From positions 18,821-82,820 of the forward strand of contig JAKFXX010000005.1 of NCBI GenBank assembly GCA_021731145.1: 64,000 nt of DNA, given 5' to 3'. This document shows positions 40,053 through 48,318 of this stretch, in pieces. The notes under the pieces are model-generated. The model was not told where the DNA came from and did no database searches. It saw only the letters and a program-made list of their open reading frames with translations. This DNA comes from Gammaproteobacteria bacterium. GTDB lineage: Bacteria; Pseudomonadota; Gammaproteobacteria; Ga0077554; Ga007554. The position numbers and the translations under genes are program-made. Within the stretch, counting starts at the first letter, position 1. The number at the start of each line of letters is the position of its first letter.

Positions 40053-40766
40053 ATGCCATACCGTACATATTTTTGGATAGCTATACTTTTCGCAGCATTC
40101 ACATCACTGCCACAGCAAGCTCGTTCCGAAACGTATCAATCACACGATTCGCTGCGCGAAACCGCCAGAACTTTTGTGCAGCAACAAATTCAAAGCACGT
40201 CTGCAACGCCATATATAGAGGTTGGCATCCTGGACACCCGACTACGCCTTCCGGTTTGCGCAGACAAACCGGAGGCTTTCCTGCCACCCGGCAGCCGTAT
40301 CCTGGGATCATCCAGCGTTGGGATCCGTTGTCATAGCCCTAAACCCTGGTCATTGTATGTGCCGGTCACTGTCAAGATTTTTGCGCCGGTCTTGGTCGCC
40401 AGCCACGCACTGAACCGCGGCAGCCAGATAACCGCCCAGGATTTCCAGACCGCCGAACTGAACATCGCCGCCCTTTCTGGCGGTTACCTGAGCATCCCCG
40501 AACAAATCCTCGGCATGACACTGAAGCGCTCAATAGACGCCGGTGCCGTATACACTCCCGCCATGCTTGAGGCTCCGAACATGGTCCGCCGGGGACAACA
40601 AGTCACCCTTCTCGCGGAAATCGCAGGAATCGAGGTGCGCATGGCCGGCAAGGCGCTCATGGACGGCAGCGCCGGGGCCTTAATCCAGGTCCGCAATCTC
40701 GCATCACAACGGGTTATTGAGGGAACGGTAATTGCTGAGGGGATAGTAAAAGTGACGGGGAATTGA
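40053..40766 (+). CDS. flgA: flagellar P-ring chaperone FlgA
   Basis: FlgA family with SAF-like C-terminal region, divergent from the cheV-flg operon. Start set at MPYRTYFWIAILFAAF (signal peptide). The track ORF begins at 40002. Confidence 0.7.
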   Translation: MPYRTYFWIAILFAAFTSLPQQARSETYQSHDSLRETARTFVQQQIQSTSATPYIEVGILDTRLRLPVCADKPEAFLPPGSRILGSSSVGIRCHSPKPWSLYVPVTVKIFAPVLVASHALNRGSQITAQDFQTAELNIAALSGGYLSIPEQILGMTLKRSIDAGAVYTPAMLEAPNMVRRGQQVTLLAEIAGIEVRMAGKALMDGSAGALIQVRNLASQRVIEGTVIAEGIVKVTGN

Positions 40767-40798
40767 CCACTTTAATTGCTGTGCATGTGCTTTTAATT

Positions 40799-40825
40799 TA
40801 AAGTAATGCCTGAATCTGCCGCTAT
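40799..40825 (+). promoter_or_regulatory. sigma28 promoter of flgM-flgN
   Basis: TAAA-gtaatgcctgaatct(15)-GCCGCTAT, located 31 nt upstream of the flgM ATG. Confidence 0.45.
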
Positions 40826-40856
40826 CCTATGCACAGCATCTGAAGAGGTATAGAAC

Positions 40857-41177
40857 ATGCCCATTGAAATCACCGGAAAACCACCCGTAAATGCAACTCC
40901 ACCCGCCGTTGCCGAAGCGTCTACTGTCCGCCAGCCCAACGCGGCACAGCGGGAGACCGGCAAATCTTCCACGGTGGATACCATCAGCTTCACGGACACC
41001 GCCGCACGGCTGCGTGGCCTGGAAAAAACCCTGTCTGCTTTGCCCGTGGTCGATATTCACCGCGTCGAAGGCGTCAAGCAAGCCATCGCCAGCGGCACAT
41101 TTGAAATTGACCCAATGCGCGTGGCCGATAAACTCTTGAGCTTCGAAAGCTCACTACACCTCCGGCGCGCCGCGTAA
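40857..41177 (+). CDS. flgM: anti-sigma28 factor FlgM
   Basis: 106 aa. The C-terminal helices [28 protein letters not shown] are typical of FlgM. Confidence 0.75.
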   Translation: MPIEITGKPPVNATPPAVAEASTVRQPNAAQRETGKSSTVDTISFTDTAARLRGLEKTLSALPVVDIHRVEGVKQAIASGTFEIDPMRVADKLLSFESSLHLRRAA

Positions 41178-41192
41178 ATCAAGGATATGTAA

Positions 41193-41684
41193 ATGGCCGA
41201 GGCGGAACATCAACAGTTAATAAGTGCGTTGTTCAAGCATGAAATCAACGCCGCCTCGGCTCTGCTTGATACCTTGCGGCAAGAACATGCCGCCCTTGCC
41301 GGCAACGATATACCTGCCATCGAGCAGGCGGTTGTCGGCAAACAACCCTTGGCCTCCCGGCTGGACATACTGATCAAACAGCATGAAGAGATACTGCGCG
41401 CAGCAGGCTATTCCACCAACCCGGCAGGCATCGAAAGCTATATTCGTGACCATGACACGCATGGCGTCCACCGTCTTAGCCTCACCTGGGGGAAGCTTCG
41501 CGCGCTGAGTGCCGAGTGCCAGCACCAGAATCAGGTCAACGGTGCAGTCATCGCCATCAACCGCCTCAATGTCCAGCGGGCGCTCTCCATCTTGCGCGGC
41601 CATCCTCCTGAAAGCGAGGCTTGTTATAACGCCACCGGCGCTACGCAACCCAAATCCCGCGCACAATCACTGGGACGGGCATAA
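41193..41684 (+). CDS. flgN: FlgK/FlgL export chaperone FlgN
   Basis: 163 aa, helical, immediately after flgM. Confidence 0.65.
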   Translation: MAEAEHQQLISALFKHEINAASALLDTLRQEHAALAGNDIPAIEQAVVGKQPLASRLDILIKQHEEILRAAGYSTNPAGIESYIRDHDTHGVHRLSLTWGKLRALSAECQHQNQVNGAVIAINRLNVQRALSILRGHPPESEACYNATGATQPKSRAQSLGRA

Positions 41685-41719
41685 GAGCCTATCTGTGCTT
41701 TATTATTAGCGGGAGAATC

Positions 41720-42424
41720 ATGGACAGAATCACTCTTGCCCCCTTCATTCTGGGCCTTTTAAAGCGCATCCAAAATCAGCGCGCAATGCTCACTATCACC
41801 CTGCCCGGCTCAGACAAGAACTACAACAGCGCCGTACTTGAAATAAACGAAGAACAAGCGTATCTCGTCATAGATGAACTTAGCCCGGAAAGCGGCCACC
41901 CCTTGCTCCTAGATATCAAAGAATTGCGCGCACGGACACGTGTGGAAGGCGCCAGAATCAGTTTTTCCACCACACTGATCGACGCCGGCCGCGAATCCGG
42001 CATTGCCTATTACAACCTGACACTGCCCACAGAGATCGACTACCTGCAACAACGCGCTTCTTACCGCGTTAAAACAAAGGTGGCACAACCCATTCCAGTA
42101 ACCCTTATCCATGCGGAAGGCCAGACAATAAAGGGGGAGTTGCAAGACCTTTCCGTAGGCGGCCTTTCCATCAGGATCGCGCACAAGCAACTGCCCGCCG
42201 CACTCAAAACAACCGACACCCTGCCCTGCCGCTTTCGCCTGGCGCAGGATGAAGAGATAACGTGCACCCTGGAAATCCGCTCCATCCGCAGCAAGGACAA
42301 CAACACCCCTGTCCGCCTTGGCTGCCGCTTCGTCAATCTAGCTGCGCAACAACAGAAAATGATCCAGCGCTATGTCATCGCACTGGAACGGGAGCAGATC
42401 AAAAAAATGCCCAAGGGTGGATAG
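41720..42424 (+). CDS. flgZ: YcgR/FlgZ-type flagellar brake protein (YcgR-N + PilZ domain, canonical c-di-GMP motifs)
   Basis: RASYRVKTKV matches RxxxR and DLSVGGLSI matches DxSxGG. N-terminal YcgR-type domain. Position after flgMN as in Pseudomonas flgZ. Confidence 0.7.
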   Translation: MDRITLAPFILGLLKRIQNQRAMLTITLPGSDKNYNSAVLEINEEQAYLVIDELSPESGHPLLLDIKELRARTRVEGARISFSTTLIDAGRESGIAYYNLTLPTEIDYLQQRASYRVKTKVAQPIPVTLIHAEGQTIKGELQDLSVGGLSIRIAHKQLPAALKTTDTLPCRFRLAQDEEITCTLEIRSIRSKDNNTPVRLGCRFVNLAAQQQKMIQRYVIALEREQIKKMPKGG

Positions 42425-42503
42425 CCTCCGGCATATCCCAATGGTACAATGCCGCATTATTTTAGATGTCCGGCTTTTTTGTCACACAAGCCAACCCACT
42501 TTT

Positions 42504-42579
<76 letters not shown>

Positions 42580-42619
42580 ATCCCGCCCAAGCCGGGGCAT
42601 CATTGACTCCTCTCTTCAC

Positions 42620-42696
42620 GCCCCGGTAGCTCAGCTGGATAGAGCATCCCCCTCCTAAGGGGAAGGTCACACGTTCAAATCGTGTTCGGGGCACCA
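42620..42696 (+). tRNA. tRNA-Arg (anticodon CCU); its 3' half is the integration site of the downstream element
   Basis: 77 nt with cloverleaf and encoded CCA. Anticodon loop ctCCTaa. The 3' 45 nt (plus 4 nt beyond) are repeated at 49879-49927. Confidence 0.85.
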
Positions 42697-42700
42697 ATAA
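42652..42700 (+). repeat. attL: 49-nt direct repeat (tRNA-Arg 3' end)
   Basis: ctcctaaggggaaggtcacacgttcaaatcgtgttcggggcaccaataa, compared with the 49879-49927 copy: 45/49 identical, with mismatches compensatory in the T-stem. Confidence 0.8.
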
Positions 42701-42753
42701 AATCAATAAGTTAATAACTTGTGCCCGGTGCGAATTTTTTCATTTTCGTAAAA

Positions 42754-42783
42754 TGTAACCAGTTTGTAACCGCATTTGTTCAC
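42754..42783 (+). promoter_or_regulatory. putative integrase arm-type sites (TGTAACC x2 + TGTTCAC) next to attL
   Basis: Sequence aaaTGTAACCagtTTGTAACCgcatTTGTTCACtgg. A matching TTGTAACC x2 lies just upstream of int at ~49719-49736. Confidence 0.35.
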
Positions 42784-42825
42784 TGGCGCGGCCTCTCGCA
42801 TTTCGAGTGTGCGCGGAACGCCGGA

Positions 42826-43104
42826 TCAATGCTGCTCATCGCCATGCCGCCTGATGACGAATTTGAACTCGCTGGGGGTATCATCTTCCCCGACGATGGT
42901 TTGGATCGGGGTCGGCTTGCCGTCCAACCGGTCGGCAATCTCCCTGATCGCGGCCAGGTCGCCCTCTCCGGCCCGCATGACCAAGGCACGGGCGATGCGC
43001 TCCAGAGCGCCCTTGTCACGCGCCAAGACCTTATGCAGGGCGTCGCGGAACATTGAGCCTTTCTTCGCGTTGCTATTGCCCTTTTGCCCGCCTTTCCTAA
43101 CCAT
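42826..43104 (-). CDS. hypothetical phage-associated protein (92 aa)
   Basis: Basic N-terminus (GGQKGNSNAKKG) then ALHKVLARDKGALERIARALVMRAGEGDLAAIREIADRLDGKP. Resembles small conserved phage proteins of unknown function. Confidence 0.35.
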   Translation of the reverse strand: MVRKGGQKGNSNAKKGSMFRDALHKVLARDKGALERIARALVMRAGEGDLAAIREIADRLDGKPTPIQTIVGEDDTPSEFKFVIRRHGDEQH

Positions 43105-43149
43105 TCGATTCGAATCCCATCACCTTGTTCCGGTTGATGATTATAGCAC

Positions 43150-43632
43150 TCAAGCGCCGGGCAGTTCCGCCGCCGCCCGCCCGGTGAAGTAGTCCCGCGC
43201 ATCCGCATCTTGCTGGCACTGGCCCAACACGTCGTCGATGATCTCTTGATCGGCCTCACCGATATGTGCCAGCCATGCCCGGATTGCTTGATCTTCGTCG
43301 GCGGTCATGGCGTCGGTCGGTTGCCGCCGGATCGGCTCGAAGGGTTCAGCCGCTACCGCGTCCGGGTGCCAGGCCAGAATGTCGGCATGGGTCGCCTCGG
43401 GGCAGCAGGTCAGTTCCACAGGGTCGCGCTCTGGGTAATGAATCAGCCAGCAGCGGGAAGCGGTCGCCGTATCGCCAGCGCCGACATTCACCACGTCATT
43501 GATTATTTGTGACGTAACAGCCGTAACAGGCGTACAAGCCTGTACTGGTGCAGGTTCCGGTGTTACGTCATCCAATGTGGCAGGCGTAACAGCCCGGCCT
43601 TTCAACCTCACCAGCAGCGCATCAAGCCCCAT
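43150..43632 (-). CDS. hypothetical protein (161 aa) downstream of the primase; the track ORF 43150-44031 is trimmed
   Basis: Start set at MGLDALLVRLKG. The upstream 133 codons of the track ORF overlap the primase gene in another frame and are R/S/C-rich. Contains the V-T-P repeats that come from the iteron cluster. Confidence 0.4.
   Translation of the reverse strand: MGLDALLVRLKGRAVTPATLDDVTPEPAPVQACTPVTAVTSQIINDVVNVGAGDTATASRCWLIHYPERDPVELTCCPEATHADILAWHPDAVAAEPFEPIRRQPTDAMTADEDQAIRAWLAHIGEADQEIIDDVLGQCQQDADARDYFTGRAAAELPGA
43511..43591. repeat. iteron cluster 1: about five TGTTACG/CGTAACA heptamers at the 3' end of the primase gene
   Basis: Sequence gacgtaaca gccgtaaca ggcgtacaa ... gtgttacgtc ... 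ggcgtaaca. Confidence 0.45.
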
Positions 43633-46165
43633 GGTCGCCACCCAGCTTGTCAGCAATGATCTGGTACAACCGCACCAGGCGCCCACCAATGCGTTGCGCT
43701 TTGGCACGTTCGCCGCTGGTTGCTGGTAGCGCGCCGACTTCCTGCAAGATATCCAGCGCCCGCTTGAAGTCGAAGCCCTTGACGGCCTCGCGCAGCCCTT
43801 CGGCGTTGAACAGATAGACGCGCGCGAGGCCGTCATCACGCCACCAGCCTGCCCGATTGATACGCATGGCGTCCGCTGTCTCGTAGGCATCGGCACTGGA
43901 GAATCGGCTATCCCCATGAAGCGAAATAAACCCGGCAACCTGCTCCAATATCTGCCGCCGCTCATCGTTACCGCGTCCGCGTGTGGATCGCCACGCCTTA
44001 AAGCCCACCACTGCCGCTTCGATTGCCGCACCCTCCGGCCAGCCGGTTATGCCGTATTCAGTCGCCACCTCACCCGCCAGCGCCACCAAGGCGAAACGTG
44101 CCGCCCCTCGTTTGTCCTGCCCCTCGCCACCTTCGGCGGATAACTCCGGCAATGACTTGATCAGCTCCAGACGTTCGGCAAAGTTGCGTTTATCGCGGGT
44201 CAGCTTTTCGAGGAATGCCCGCCCAGCGTGTCCGTGGTTCGTTGCCGCTGCTTTCTTGATCGCATCGGAAAACGCCGCACCATCCTTGAAACCGTGCAAG
44301 TTATCCAGTACGCCAAAGCCCCGCACCGCCGGAATATCCAGCAGCCGCACCGACTGCCCAGCCTTAGCCCGGTGTCCTGCTTCTGCCATCGTGGTTGCTA
44401 TTGTGCGCTCGCCATTCGACAAGACAGCACAGCGCCAGCGGGTCACTGCCCGCGCATTGCCGGTGCGGCTTGCCCTCTGTTTGCCAGTGCCATTGCCCAG
44501 TGCGTAGACGATAGTACCTATTTCCTTGGGTTCGGCTTCGCTGGTGTCATCCAAGGCCAGCAGGCAATCACTGAACAGTGCCGCCACGCCCTCCATGCCG
44601 TTTGCTGTTGCTCGCCAGCTTCGGCGGAAATTCGGCCCGCCCCAGGTTGAACAGCCTGCGTCGGCTATCGTACTCTTGCCGATAGACGACTCACCGACAA
44701 AGTGAAGTCCGCCGCTCTCGGCGTTGCATAGCTTGAGCATTGGCCCCGCGAATGATACCGACATACCCAGTACCATCATGGGATTGCCAACAGCCCGTGC
44801 CGCTATATTAGCCTGCCACCCGGCCAACGTGCCGCCCTTGGTGTGTTCGTCATGTCCGCGCTCGCCACTCTGGAAGATCACGTCCGAAGCCTTCGGCCCG
44901 ATTACCGCATCCGGCAGCACAAACGAATCACCGCACCATCCCACTTGCAGCGCACAACGAATACGCCGTTTCGGTGGTATGGCTTGCAGGTAATGCCCCA
45001 GCAATGTCCGCCCGGCGTGTGGGTCAATCTCTACACCCATCGCCAGCAGCTCGCCGCGCAGTTCATCGCCCGCACCGCGCAAAAGTTCCATCGGCATAGC
45101 CCATTCGCGCCACTTGCCGACGGTGGTTTTAAATCGCAGCAGCCGCCCAAAATTATTATCCTGTCCGTCAAAAGTCACAGCCTCAACATGCACGGGTGAG
45201 CATACCCATTGTTGAGTAAGCGCGGGTGGTTCTTCACCTTTGCCGTGCTTGACCGTGAAAGACCATACCCCCGGTTTCAACTCGGCACCACCGGGCAGCT
45301 TCTGCCAATCGTCAAACACTTTGAAGCATGGCCGTTTGCTTTCGTCGGGGATAATTGGCTCAGGTGTTACGCCTGTTACGCCATCCGTTTCATCAGACGT
45401 AACAACAGAAAGCCCGCCGTTATTGGGCTGTACGTCTGTTACGCCTGTTACGTCATTTTTTATCAATGCCGCATCGTGTACCGGTGTTGCCGTGTCCACC
45501 ACGTCCGGGCTTGCGGCGTTTTCTTCGTCGGCTTGATGCTCTGACCTTGCCGATGTTTGCGCGGCCTGTAGAGCTTCTACGGTCGGCAGTGCGGCTATAT
45601 CCGCCATCGTTGCGCCGGGGTTCGCCTTCAACCAGTCCACAGCGTCGCCCTTGGAAGGAAGGTTCAAGGCATCCACGTCGATGATGCGCACCGTGCAGCC
45701 CATTGCCAACAGGATGGAAGCCACCGCATCGGCATAACGCCGCCCGGCGCCATCATTGTCCGGCCAGATCGTCACGGTTCGCCCGGCCATGATTGACCAG
45801 TCGGCTTTTTCTGCCGAATCCGCCGCGCCGCTGGTGGTGGCCAGCGCTCCGGCCTTCGGCAGCGCATCGGCGCACCATTCGCCTTCTACTACGATCACCG
45901 TATCATCGGGCCGGGTTGCCAGATCATGCAGGCGGTACAGCGGCTTGCCGTCTGGGTATTCCGGTTCGCCCAGTGTGTAACCTGCACCATTCAGCTTCAT
46001 GGGACGAATCCATTTTTCACCAGTGGTGGGATGTTTCAGGCGGATGCGCCAGTGCAGCGTGGTGCCGTCGCGGTCGGTGTATTCGTGCAGGGCTTGTGGC
46101 TTGCAACCTTTACTGATCGCTCCATCCGCCAGACGCCGCGCGGCTTGTTGGGGTGTCTCACTCAT
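43622..46165 (-). CDS. primase-helicase (Toprim domain + P4-family/D5-type C-terminal NTPase), alpha-like replication protein
   Basis: Toprim motifs IVVEGEWCADAL and IWPDNDGAGRRYA. C-terminal Walker A GESSIGKSTIA. Start set at MSETPQQAARRL, an ATGA overlap with the upstream zinc-finger ORF. Track ORF extends to 46267. Confidence 0.8.
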   Translation of the reverse strand: MSETPQQAARRLADGAISKGCKPQALHEYTDRDGTTLHWRIRLKHPTTGEKWIRPMKLNGAGYTLGEPEYPDGKPLYRLHDLATRPDDTVIVVEGEWCADALPKAGALATTSGAADSAEKADWSIMAGRTVTIWPDNDGAGRRYADAVASILLAMGCTVRIIDVDALNLPSKGDAVDWLKANPGATMADIAALPTVEALQAAQTSARSEHQADEENAASPDVVDTATPVHDAALIKNDVTGVTDVQPNNGGLSVVTSDETDGVTGVTPEPIIPDESKRPCFKVFDDWQKLPGGAELKPGVWSFTVKHGKGEEPPALTQQWVCSPVHVEAVTFDGQDNNFGRLLRFKTTVGKWREWAMPMELLRGAGDELRGELLAMGVEIDPHAGRTLLGHYLQAIPPKRRIRCALQVGWCGDSFVLPDAVIGPKASDVIFQSGERGHDEHTKGGTLAGWQANIAARAVGNPMMVLGMSVSFAGPMLKLCNAESGGLHFVGESSIGKSTIADAGCSTWGGPNFRRSWRATANGMEGVAALFSDCLLALDDTSEAEPKEIGTIVYALGNGTGKQRASRTGNARAVTRWRCAVLSNGERTIATTMAEAGHRAKAGQSVRLLDIPAVRGFGVLDNLHGFKDGAAFSDAIKKAAATNHGHAGRAFLEKLTRDKRNFAERLELIKSLPELSAEGGEGQDKRGAARFALVALAGEVATEYGITGWPEGAAIEAAVVGFKAWRSTRGRGNDERRQILEQVAGFISLHGDSRFSSADAYETADAMRINRAGWWRDDGLARVYLFNAEGLREAVKGFDFKRALDILQEVGALPATSGERAKAQRIGGRLVRLYQIIADKLGGDHGA
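45363..45455. repeat. iteron cluster 2: about six TGTTACG(C/T)C heptamers inside the primase coding region
   Basis: Sequence ggtgttacgc ctgttacgc ... gacgtaaca ... ctgtacgtc tgttacgc ctgttacgtc. Translated as ...GVTPVTP...DVTT...TSVTPVTS... in the primase. Confidence 0.5.
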
Positions 46166-46479
46166 GGTGTGACCTCCCACGCTCCCAACGCCTTGGCGGC
46201 GCCGATGAAACGCAGCCCATGACGCAGCATGTGAAATGCCAGCACATCGCCCCCATGCGCACCGCATACCATGCAGCGAAAACCGCCGGTGTCCAGTCGA
46301 ACGCGCAGGCTGGGTTGGGTGTCGTTATGAAAGGGACAAAGAGCATTTCTCCATTCGCCGCCGCCGATCAGCTTCAAGCCCTGTTCGTGGTAATACTCGG
46401 CGGGGATGGGCAGAAGGTTGCGCTTGAATCCAAAGGGTTTGCGGGTGTGTTGTCCCCGCGTGGGGTTCGCGTAGCTCAT
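46162..46479 (-). CDS. CHC2-type zinc-finger domain of DNA primase, encoded as a separate ORF
   Basis: CPFHNDTQPSLRVRLDTGGFRCMVCGAHGGDVLAF is a zf-CHC2 motif. Its stop overlaps the start of the Toprim-helicase ORF as ATGA. Confidence 0.6.
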   Translation of the reverse strand: MSYANPTRGQHTRKPFGFKRNLLPIPAEYYHEQGLKLIGGGEWRNALCPFHNDTQPSLRVRLDTGGFRCMVCGAHGGDVLAFHMLRHGLRFIGAAKALGAWEVTP

Positions 46480-46491
46480 GGTGGCGCCCCC

Positions 46492-46707
46492 TTATTGAGA
46501 TTGAGACAGCAGCGCACGGATTTCAGCAACAGGCCAAGCCAGACGGCCATTTATGCGAATGGGGCGGATGGGGCCATTCTCAAGGCACGCATATGCACGC
46601 ATTGTTTGTGGTTTGCGTAGCAGATGGAAAGCGGCGCACGCAGTTTCCACGTGGCTGCGCGTTTCCATTTCAATCGGTGGGAAAGTGTGAACGGTTGCGG
46701 TTAGCAT
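46492..46707 (-). CDS. alpA: AlpA-family phage transcriptional regulator / excisionase-like protein
   Basis: Start set at MLTATVHTF. C-terminal region PIRPIRINGRLAWPVAEIRALL resembles the AlpA HTH (..GRAVAWRESEV..W.). Confidence 0.55.
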   Translation of the reverse strand: MLTATVHTFPPIEMETRSHVETACAAFHLLRKPQTMRAYACLENGPIRPIRINGRLAWPVAEIRALLSQSQ

Positions 46708-46827
46708 TTTGTAATCCTCGTTTATGTTGATGAGGATTACTACTTTAACCATGCGTTAAAAGTTTTAAAGAGACTGATTAGGCTTGGCTGAAACCCGCGC
46801 CGCTATTGGGCTATAGGGTGGTTTTGT

Positions 46828-46862
46828 GTTAAAACTTTCGCTGAAAGTATGAAAGTTTTAAC
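46828..46862. promoter_or_regulatory. 12-bp perfect inverted repeat (GTTAAAACTTTC-N11-GAAAGTTTTAAC) over the stop codon of ORF 46858-47445, with a third half-site ~70 nt away
   Basis: Arms gttaaaactttc / gaaagttttaac. A further aaaagttttaaag lies at ~46750 in the alpA promoter region. Not followed by a T-tract, so more likely an operator than a terminator. Confidence 0.35.
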
Positions 46863-47445
46863 TCAGAACTACGTTGGCAAACGCTTTCAATATCGTTTCA
46901 CTACCAAAGTTTTTTCTATTGCCACGCTTTTTAACGCCAGCATTACTTAGCGACTGGACAACTTTATCAGCCAATATATTCCGCTTCGTAAGCAAGGTTG
47001 TATCGTCCCTGATAAGTTGACGCGCAAAGTGACGGGCCGGGGTGTACCAAGGTTGTTCTGGCGCGGGGTCGTTGGGGTCTACGATTTCCCATGGTTTCGG
47101 TGCTACGGCCTGTATCACTGGCACGGCTTCAACCTTCCCGGTAGTGGATTTGGTGACGGTTGAAAGAGTGTTGCCTGGGTGGACATCAGTGCCCGCCGTG
47201 ACTCCATGCAATTCGCATAATTCTCGTGAAATGAAATAGCCATTTTTGATAGCCCATTCAATCGCAGTACCCGCCGGGAACCATAGACCCAATTCATCCT
47301 GTATCACCAGCTCAAGGGTTCTCCCATCTGAGACTTCATTACCTGAGCCACTGATAACTGTTAGCAGTGTCGTTGGCCTCCATATTGTCTCTTGGCCAAG
47401 CCACAGTGAAGCGGATTTTAGAGCTGTAATCATATTCACATCCAT
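46858..47445 (-). CDS. hypothetical protein (195 aa), no recognisable domain; sits between the TA pair and alpA in the satellite hotspot position
   Basis: MDVNMITALKSASLWLGQETIWRP...GYFISRELCELHGVTAGTDVHPGNT...PEQPWYTPARHFARQLIRDDTTLLTKRNILADKVV... No signal peptide. Confidence 0.5.
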   Translation of the reverse strand: MDVNMITALKSASLWLGQETIWRPTTLLTVISGSGNEVSDGRTLELVIQDELGLWFPAGTAIEWAIKNGYFISRELCELHGVTAGTDVHPGNTLSTVTKSTTGKVEAVPVIQAVAPKPWEIVDPNDPAPEQPWYTPARHFARQLIRDDTTLLTKRNILADKVVQSLSNAGVKKRGNRKNFGSETILKAFANVVLS

Positions 47446-47501
47446 TTAAAATAGAGACCCCATTACGCCAGTGAGGGCGTCCGGCGTTTCCCCCGCCCAA
47501 G

Positions 47502-47954
47502 TCAGGCGGCCATCCGCCACCCCTTGGCGGTTTCCTGGAATATTTGCTTGGCCCCTTCTTCCAGTTTTTCCAGGCGGTCTATGTCGTTCCATTGGGCAAT
47601 CATTTTCGCCACCTTGGTTTCGCCGTCCGCATGTTCCAGGTAAAGCAGGCGCAGCATCCTTTCGGCGGCCACTGTTGGGCGGCGTTTGCTTCGTTCCCAT
47701 AGGGAAATGGTTTGCTCGTCAACGCCCAGGCAGTCGGCCAGTCGTTTTTGCGACATGCCCATTTCTACCCGAAGAAAGCGGATTTCCGCGCCAGACAATC
47801 GCTCGCGGTAATTTACCAAATGGTGCGCGATGGAACGATGCAGCCCGTTTATGTCGTCTATCTCCAGGCACTTGCCATGCCCTTCGATTTCCTCATATTG
47901 GTAGCCATTTTTCAGCCAGATATTCCGCAGCCCACAGTCGTCATATTTCAGCAT
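47502..47954 (-). CDS. MqsA/HigA-2-like antitoxin (degenerate N-terminal zinc-finger region + XRE-family HTH)
   Basis: HTH region GMSQKRLADCLGVDEQTISLWERSKRRPTVAAERMLRLL. Only two of the usual four Cys are present in the N-terminal domain. Follows the toxin after a 4-nt gap. Confidence 0.6.
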   Translation of the reverse strand: MLKYDDCGLRNIWLKNGYQYEEIEGHGKCLEIDDINGLHRSIAHHLVNYRERLSGAEIRFLRVEMGMSQKRLADCLGVDEQTISLWERSKRRPTVAAERMLRLLYLEHADGETKVAKMIAQWNDIDRLEKLEEGAKQIFQETAKGWRMAA

Positions 47955-47958
47955 TTCT

Positions 47959-48282
47959 TCATTCCTCGAATACCGTTGCGATGATTACCCATTCGCCATT
48001 TTCATGCAGCTTGAATACCGCTCCCACAGTAACGCGCAGCCCCGCATGTTGCCAACGGATGTTACAGCGCCAATCCGCTTTAATATCCTGGTGAAGCGGC
48101 TCGCTGATGGTTCCATGCTCCAAGGTTTCCAACACCTGTCTACGCCCAATTTTACGTTGGCGCATTCGCAGTTCGGCATGTGCGGAAAAGAGCAGGCGCC
48201 GTTTTCCCTGGGCAGCCTCCTTGAGCCATTGTTTAGCCAGTTTTTCGCTTGGCTTGTAGGGCTTAATGTTTTTCATTAACAT
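47959..48282 (-). CDS. DUF4258-like small toxin (107 aa)
   Basis: SAHAELRMRQRKIGRRQVLETLEHG...WRCNIRWQHAGLRVTVGAVFKLHENGEWVIIATVFEE matches the DUF4258 toxin pattern. It is upstream of the HTH antitoxin, the toxin-first order seen in mqsRA. Confidence 0.5.
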   Translation of the reverse strand: MLMKNIKPYKPSEKLAKQWLKEAAQGKRRLLFSAHAELRMRQRKIGRRQVLETLEHGTISEPLHQDIKADWRCNIRWQHAGLRVTVGAVFKLHENGEWVIIATVFEE

Positions 48283-48318
48283 ACATTGTATGGGTATATC
48301 GGGAAGATTTCAAGGGTA

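Noticed and set aside
43633-44031. N-terminal 133 codons of track ORF 43150-44031
   Set aside because: They overlap the 3' end of the primase gene in another frame and translate to R/S/C-rich low-complexity sequence. The gene was trimmed to start at MGLDALLV (43632).
46828-46862. Inverted repeat at the end of ORF 46858-47445 read as a rho-independent terminator
   Set aside because: No U-tract follows on either strand. A third half-site lies in the alpA promoter region, which favours an operator interpretation. Kept only as a regulatory-site feature.
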